64,000 nucleotides of DNA from a candidate division FCPU426 bacterium (GTDB lineage Bacteria; Oederibacteriota; Muellerivitia; Muellerivitales; Muellerivitaceae): assembly GCA_963847625.1 (NCBI GenBank), contig CAWKAR010000013.1, forward strand, positions 1-64,000, read 5' to 3'. The position numbers and the translations under genes were made by a program. Of this stretch, positions 60,481 to 64,000 are shown in pieces (positions within the stretch are counted from its first letter, which is position 1; each line of letters opens with the position of its first letter). The notes below the pieces were generated by a model that was not told where the DNA came from, did not search any database, and worked only from the letters and a program-made list of their open reading frames with translations.

Positions 60481-62910
60481 TCAATCTCTCGAAATGTTAA
60501 GTCCAAATCCTTGGTAAAAGCCGATCGCCTTCCTCTTTTCCTCCCTCAACCAATCGGCCCTTTTTTGCGCTCGCTGTTTCCATAATTCGGATTCATGAAA
60601 CTGTTTTTCATATTCAAGATAGGACACCAACATCCCATAAAGTTCCAGGCTTTGAAAACCAAGCCCAAAAGCTCTTTTCCCATATTCAATGGCCTTTCGG
60701 GGCCTGCCGAGAAACATTTCTATATCCGCTCTTTTAGCCCAGGCCAAAGCTAAATTTGGATACTCCACCGTCCATTCCAGTGCCGTTTGACAGGCTTGCT
60801 GCTGAAGTCCACCATTGAGTGTAAACTTCCCAATATGAACCAAGCGGCTTTCCTGTAAACCCGGCAACTGCAAAAGGGGGCTTGGATGCGACGCCGGGGT
60901 CCATCTCACTTTGTAAACAAATGTGTTTTCTCCCTGAAAGATGGGTTCCATAAAACACTTCCAAAAAAGCTCGTACTCGGAAATTGGCATTCCTTCCAAG
61001 TTGAAATCCTTTTCCTTAATAGACATGAATTCCGCTTCATTCCGCTGGTACAGGAAATAAGAAACTCCCTCCTTTCGAAGCCGCGCAGCTAATTCTCCCG
61101 CTGTCCGGCACGACGAGGCCCACTTCAAAAAAATCGGGCGTTTCCAAAAGAAATCCACAAAAGCGGTTCGTTGGAGGGGATATGTTTGGTAAAAGCCGAA
61201 AGCCAACACTTTGTCACGGGAATCCGAGTTCACTTCGATTTGGCGATAGGCTGCGAAAGTGTCCCAGTCGTAATAATAATTCCTCTTGAGTTTCTCAAGG
61301 TTGCTTTCAAATCCCAATGCGGAAACATAAGGCGCGGTTGAAGTAATTTGGGCGGACAAACAGAGCCAAATTGACAATAAGATCCCGACAGCGAAAGCCA
61401 CACGAGGTCCGGATTCTTTTTCCTTGAAAGCTGTTTCCCAAACCATGGCCGCCAATAAAGCCAGAACAAGGGCACCACCCCCGGCGTGACGAAAGTTGGT
61501 ACAGAATATAACCCAACCCGCAAAGAAAACGACCGCGAACGTGGCTAGAAATATCCCGAGCCGGGTTTTCAATGGCTTGAAAGCCCACGGCAGTGCCATG
61601 AAAACCAGGGGCGTCCATGCCGCATTGACTGAGTTCTCAGCTGAAAAAAAGACCCGTCCCAATATTTTTAAAACACCCCGGAGCGAGAAACCACCTGGTA
61701 AACCTGTATCCGCCCATAAATTCGCTTCCAATAATTTGTTATATTCAGGAGGCCCGCCAAAAATCAAAGTCGCAAGGGGATAAACTGGGTTTCCATTGGC
61801 CAATATGTTTTTTAAGACCCACGGTGTAATAGGAATGGCAAAAAGCAAGAAACATTTCCAATCCGGTTTAAGCCCGGAATGTTTTTTCATCCATCCAAAA
61901 ATCAGAATTATTCCACAAGCCGCAATCGCGAAAACCGCAGTGTATTTCACTGTGAACGAACATCCCAAAATAAACGCTGTGACATAAAGCCAGTTTTTTT
62001 CAATGGGGCTTTCCAAGGCCTTCCACAAGCAATAAACCGCCGTAATTTCAAACAGGGTCATGAAACCTTCCACATACCCCCAGGCAAAGATAGCCATGAA
62101 AAAAGGACAACTCCAAAAAATCCAGGCGCCCTGTTTACCCTTTCCATTCCACTCCCCGGCAAAAAGGCAAAACAGCCATGCCATCAAAACCGCCGCCAAA
62201 CCGCCCGACATTACAGAAAGGGTCTCTCCGCCCAAATTCCAAAAACCGGCTAAAATCAACTCCGCGGATTTGGGCATGTCCCCCGTGTGATTTGTCCAAT
62301 GAAAAGGGATTTGGTGGAGCCGGGAAACTTCCTTGGCGTAGCGAAAATGATCCAGTACGGCATCCCAGACGATGGGCGGGGAAATGTATTCAAAAAGCCA
62401 CAATATAATTGGAAAAGCCAATAGCCATGACACCCAACCGTTTCCCCGAATACAGCCTGATATAAATGAATATTCTTTAAGCTGTTTCCAACCGGCCTCA
62501 ACCATCGGCAAAAAGAACAATAGGGTCAACGGCCAATAGAGGATTTCATTGGTCCCCAAGCCAAAAACGTATAGCGAAAACAAAGCAAGGCTTATAACCA
62601 TCCCCAAAAAAACGGCAATGGGTTTATTCATTTTCTCGAATAATATTTTCTGGAAGGCACGGGCCCAGCCCAGCAACCCCAACCCGATGAGAAAGATCCA
62701 AAAAAAAGCAGCCAGTCTTTGCTCCCACAAAGGAAGAAAAAACAAAAAATTCCATTCAGAATCTTTTAATAAACGCAGGGATGGAAAAAAAGTGGATTTA
62801 CCGACGCTGTAAGTAAATACAGTTAGAATCAAGAAGGAGGCTACGGTTTTTTTCAACGGTTTCACCTTCTCGTGAGGGATCTCTCGGGGAAAATCGGGTC
62901 GGATTGACAA
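60481..62910 (-). CDS. GT-C (ArnT/PMT-like) membrane protein with TPR-like tail; start uncertain
   Basis: WDAVLDH, KYTA, PWVLKN...GNPVYP; many TM helices. Confidence 0.78.
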   Translation of the reverse strand: MSIRPDFPREIPHEKVKPLKKTVASFLILTVFTYSVGKSTFFPSLRLLKDSEWNFLFFLPLWEQRLAAFFWIFLIGLGLLGWARAFQKILFEKMNKPIAVFLGMVISLALFSLYVFGLGTNEILYWPLTLLFFLPMVEAGWKQLKEYSFISGCIRGNGWVSWLLAFPIILWLFEYISPPIVWDAVLDHFRYAKEVSRLHQIPFHWTNHTGDMPKSAELILAGFWNLGGETLSVMSGGLAAVLMAWLFCLFAGEWNGKGKQGAWIFWSCPFFMAIFAWGYVEGFMTLFEITAVYCLWKALESPIEKNWLYVTAFILGCSFTVKYTAVFAIAACGIILIFGWMKKHSGLKPDWKCFLLFAIPITPWVLKNILANGNPVYPLATLIFGGPPEYNKLLEANLWADTGLPGGFSLRGVLKILGRVFFSAENSVNAAWTPLVFMALPWAFKPLKTRLGIFLATFAVVFFAGWVIFCTNFRHAGGGALVLALLAAMVWETAFKEKESGPRVAFAVGILLSIWLCLSAQITSTAPYVSALGFESNLEKLKRNYYYDWDTFAAYRQIEVNSDSRDKVLAFGFYQTYPLQRTAFVDFFWKRPIFLKWASSCRTAGELAARLRKEGVSYFLYQRNEAEFMSIKEKDFNLEGMPISEYELFWKCFMEPIFQGENTFVYKVRWTPASHPSPLLQLPGLQESRLVHIGKFTLNGGLQQQACQTALEWTVEYPNLALAWAKRADIEMFLGRPRKAIEYGKRAFGLGFQSLELYGMLVSYLEYEKQFHESELWKQRAQKRADWLREEKRKAIGFYQGFGLNISRD

Positions 62911-62931
62911 TCAAGAGTCGAGAGTTATAAT
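62904..62931 (+). promoter_or_regulatory. tRNA-Leu promoter
   Basis: TTGACA-16bp-TATAAT, 32 bp upstream of the tRNA. Confidence 0.8.
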
Positions 62932-62963
62932 ACGCCTTCTTTATCTAAAAAAGTTTCGAAAAA

Positions 62964-63046
62964 GCCCGAGTGGTGGAATTGGCAGACACGTACGCTTGAG
63001 GTGCGTATGGGCGACCGTGCGGGTTCGAGTCCCGCCTCGGGCACCA
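62964..63046 (+). tRNA. tRNA-Leu(GAG)
   Basis: GCCCGAGTGGTGGAATTGGCAGACAC...TTGAGGT...GGTTCGAGTCCCGCCTCGGGCACCA with variable arm. Confidence 0.96.
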
Positions 63047-63170
63047 ATCTTTCCTTGTAAAATGGCGACCTGAGTCGCCATAAATAAGAGTTTGGCACGT
63101 ACTTGGGTTCTATATTAAATTTCAAATTGGAAACCCAAGTGCACCATTTCTTCAAATATTCTATGCCAGG

Positions 63171-64000
63171 TCAGTTTTTTATCTTATCCTTCAAAGCCAG
63201 TGCGTCCGGATTGTCCGGTTTATAGGACAAAGAAATTTTCAAGTAATATGCGGCATCCTTGGAATTGCCTTCCTCAAAAAGAACGGATGCCACCGCAGAG
63301 TAATAAACTGATCTCATTGCAGTAATTTCCTTTCCCGTTATCCCCTGCTTTTGCAGTTCATTAAAAAAAGCCTTTGCATCCTGTCCCAACTGGACAATTT
63401 GTTGGTTTTTTATCCGATTTGGGACGATTTCAGTTTTCAATTGGCCCAAGGAAGCCTTCGCATCCAAGGGCTCGTCCCACCAGCCATTAGCGGCCTTGTG
63501 TTTTTTCATTTCCGGATTTAGGGCACTGAATGCCCCGGTATTTTTCGCATCAGGGTTCGCCTTTGCTTCCACGATCGGCGTCGCGACAACAACTGAAAAA
63601 CCTGACCAACCATTGGCCGTTAGAACAATTTTTCTATCCACGAATTGAGCCTTTAAATCGTCCCAATAAAAAACGTGTTCGGCGGAACTCTCATTTTTCG
63701 GTTTTTCTTTCGAAGAGCACCAAACTTCGGGCCCATGCCCGCCCGCTTTTAAATCAATGGATATCGCGGGAGCCATGGCCTCCAAAACTTGTTTTATGTT
63801 CCCATTGATATAGGCAAAACCTTTTAAGACTTGGTTTCCTTTCAAATCGTCCCTTTGGAGGAGCATAAAAGATCGTTTTTTATCCGATTGGGTTATTACT
63901 TTTATCCAAAGGACCGGGCCGCCGTCATCCTCGAAATTTTTGATGTACTTTTTCTTTGTGGGATCGTAAAAACAAACGACTAATGTTTGGTCATGGGGTT
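63171..64000 (-). CDS. Hypothetical protein with C-terminal TPR-like motif, 5' end outside the window
   Basis: Frame is open to the window edge; AAYYLKISLSYKPDNPDA. Confidence 0.7.
   Translation of the reverse strand, partial: PHDQTLVVCFYDPTKKKYIKNFEDDGGPVLWIKVITQSDKKRSFMLLQRDDLKGNQVLKGFAYINGNIKQVLEAMAPAISIDLKAGGHGPEVWCSSKEKPKNESSAEHVFYWDDLKAQFVDRKIVLTANGWSGFSVVVATPIVEAKANPDAKNTGAFSALNPEMKKHKAANGWWDEPLDAKASLGQLKTEIVPNRIKNQQIVQLGQDAKAFFNELQKQGITGKEITAMRSVYYSAVASVLFEEGNSKDAAYYLKISLSYKPDNPDALALKDKIKN

Overview
64 kb bacterial chromosomal window, most genes on the minus strand. (1) 1-10.8 kb is an accessory region. It holds two inverted IS30 copies around a small cargo gene, an IS110/IS1111-type element whose bridge RNA can be read from the sequence, a 17 x 21 bp tandem repeat that joins in frame with a ParB-like HTH/membrane gene once the IS is removed, and six small gene cassettes (four toxin-antitoxin pairs, two membrane proteins). 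The cassettes are separated by a conserved, directly repeated 30 bp palindromic site, TYGTCCAnnnnGGG-TC-CCCnnnnTGGACRA, which is not attC or dif; no cognate recombinase is in the window. This array is the best candidate for an undescribed system. (2) 13-26 kb is a carbonyl-branch Wood-Ljungdahl cluster (cooC x2, cooS/acsA, acsB, acsD, acsC, acsV) preceded by a MesB-like folate-independent methionine synthase; no acsE is seen. (3) 27-30 kb has a TonB receptor, YfiR and tRNA-Glu with tRNA-derived repeats. (4) 30-49 kb is an envelope glycosylation locus (DPM synthase, NHL proteins, DUF2298/GT-C proteins) with a third IS30 copy. (5) 48.7-54.5 kb is a complete rRNA operon. (6) 54.5-64 kb has a B12 radical SAM enzyme, oppDF, other housekeeping genes and tRNA-Leu. 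Several single-base frameshifts look like sequencing errors. All family calls are from motif recognition, not database searches.
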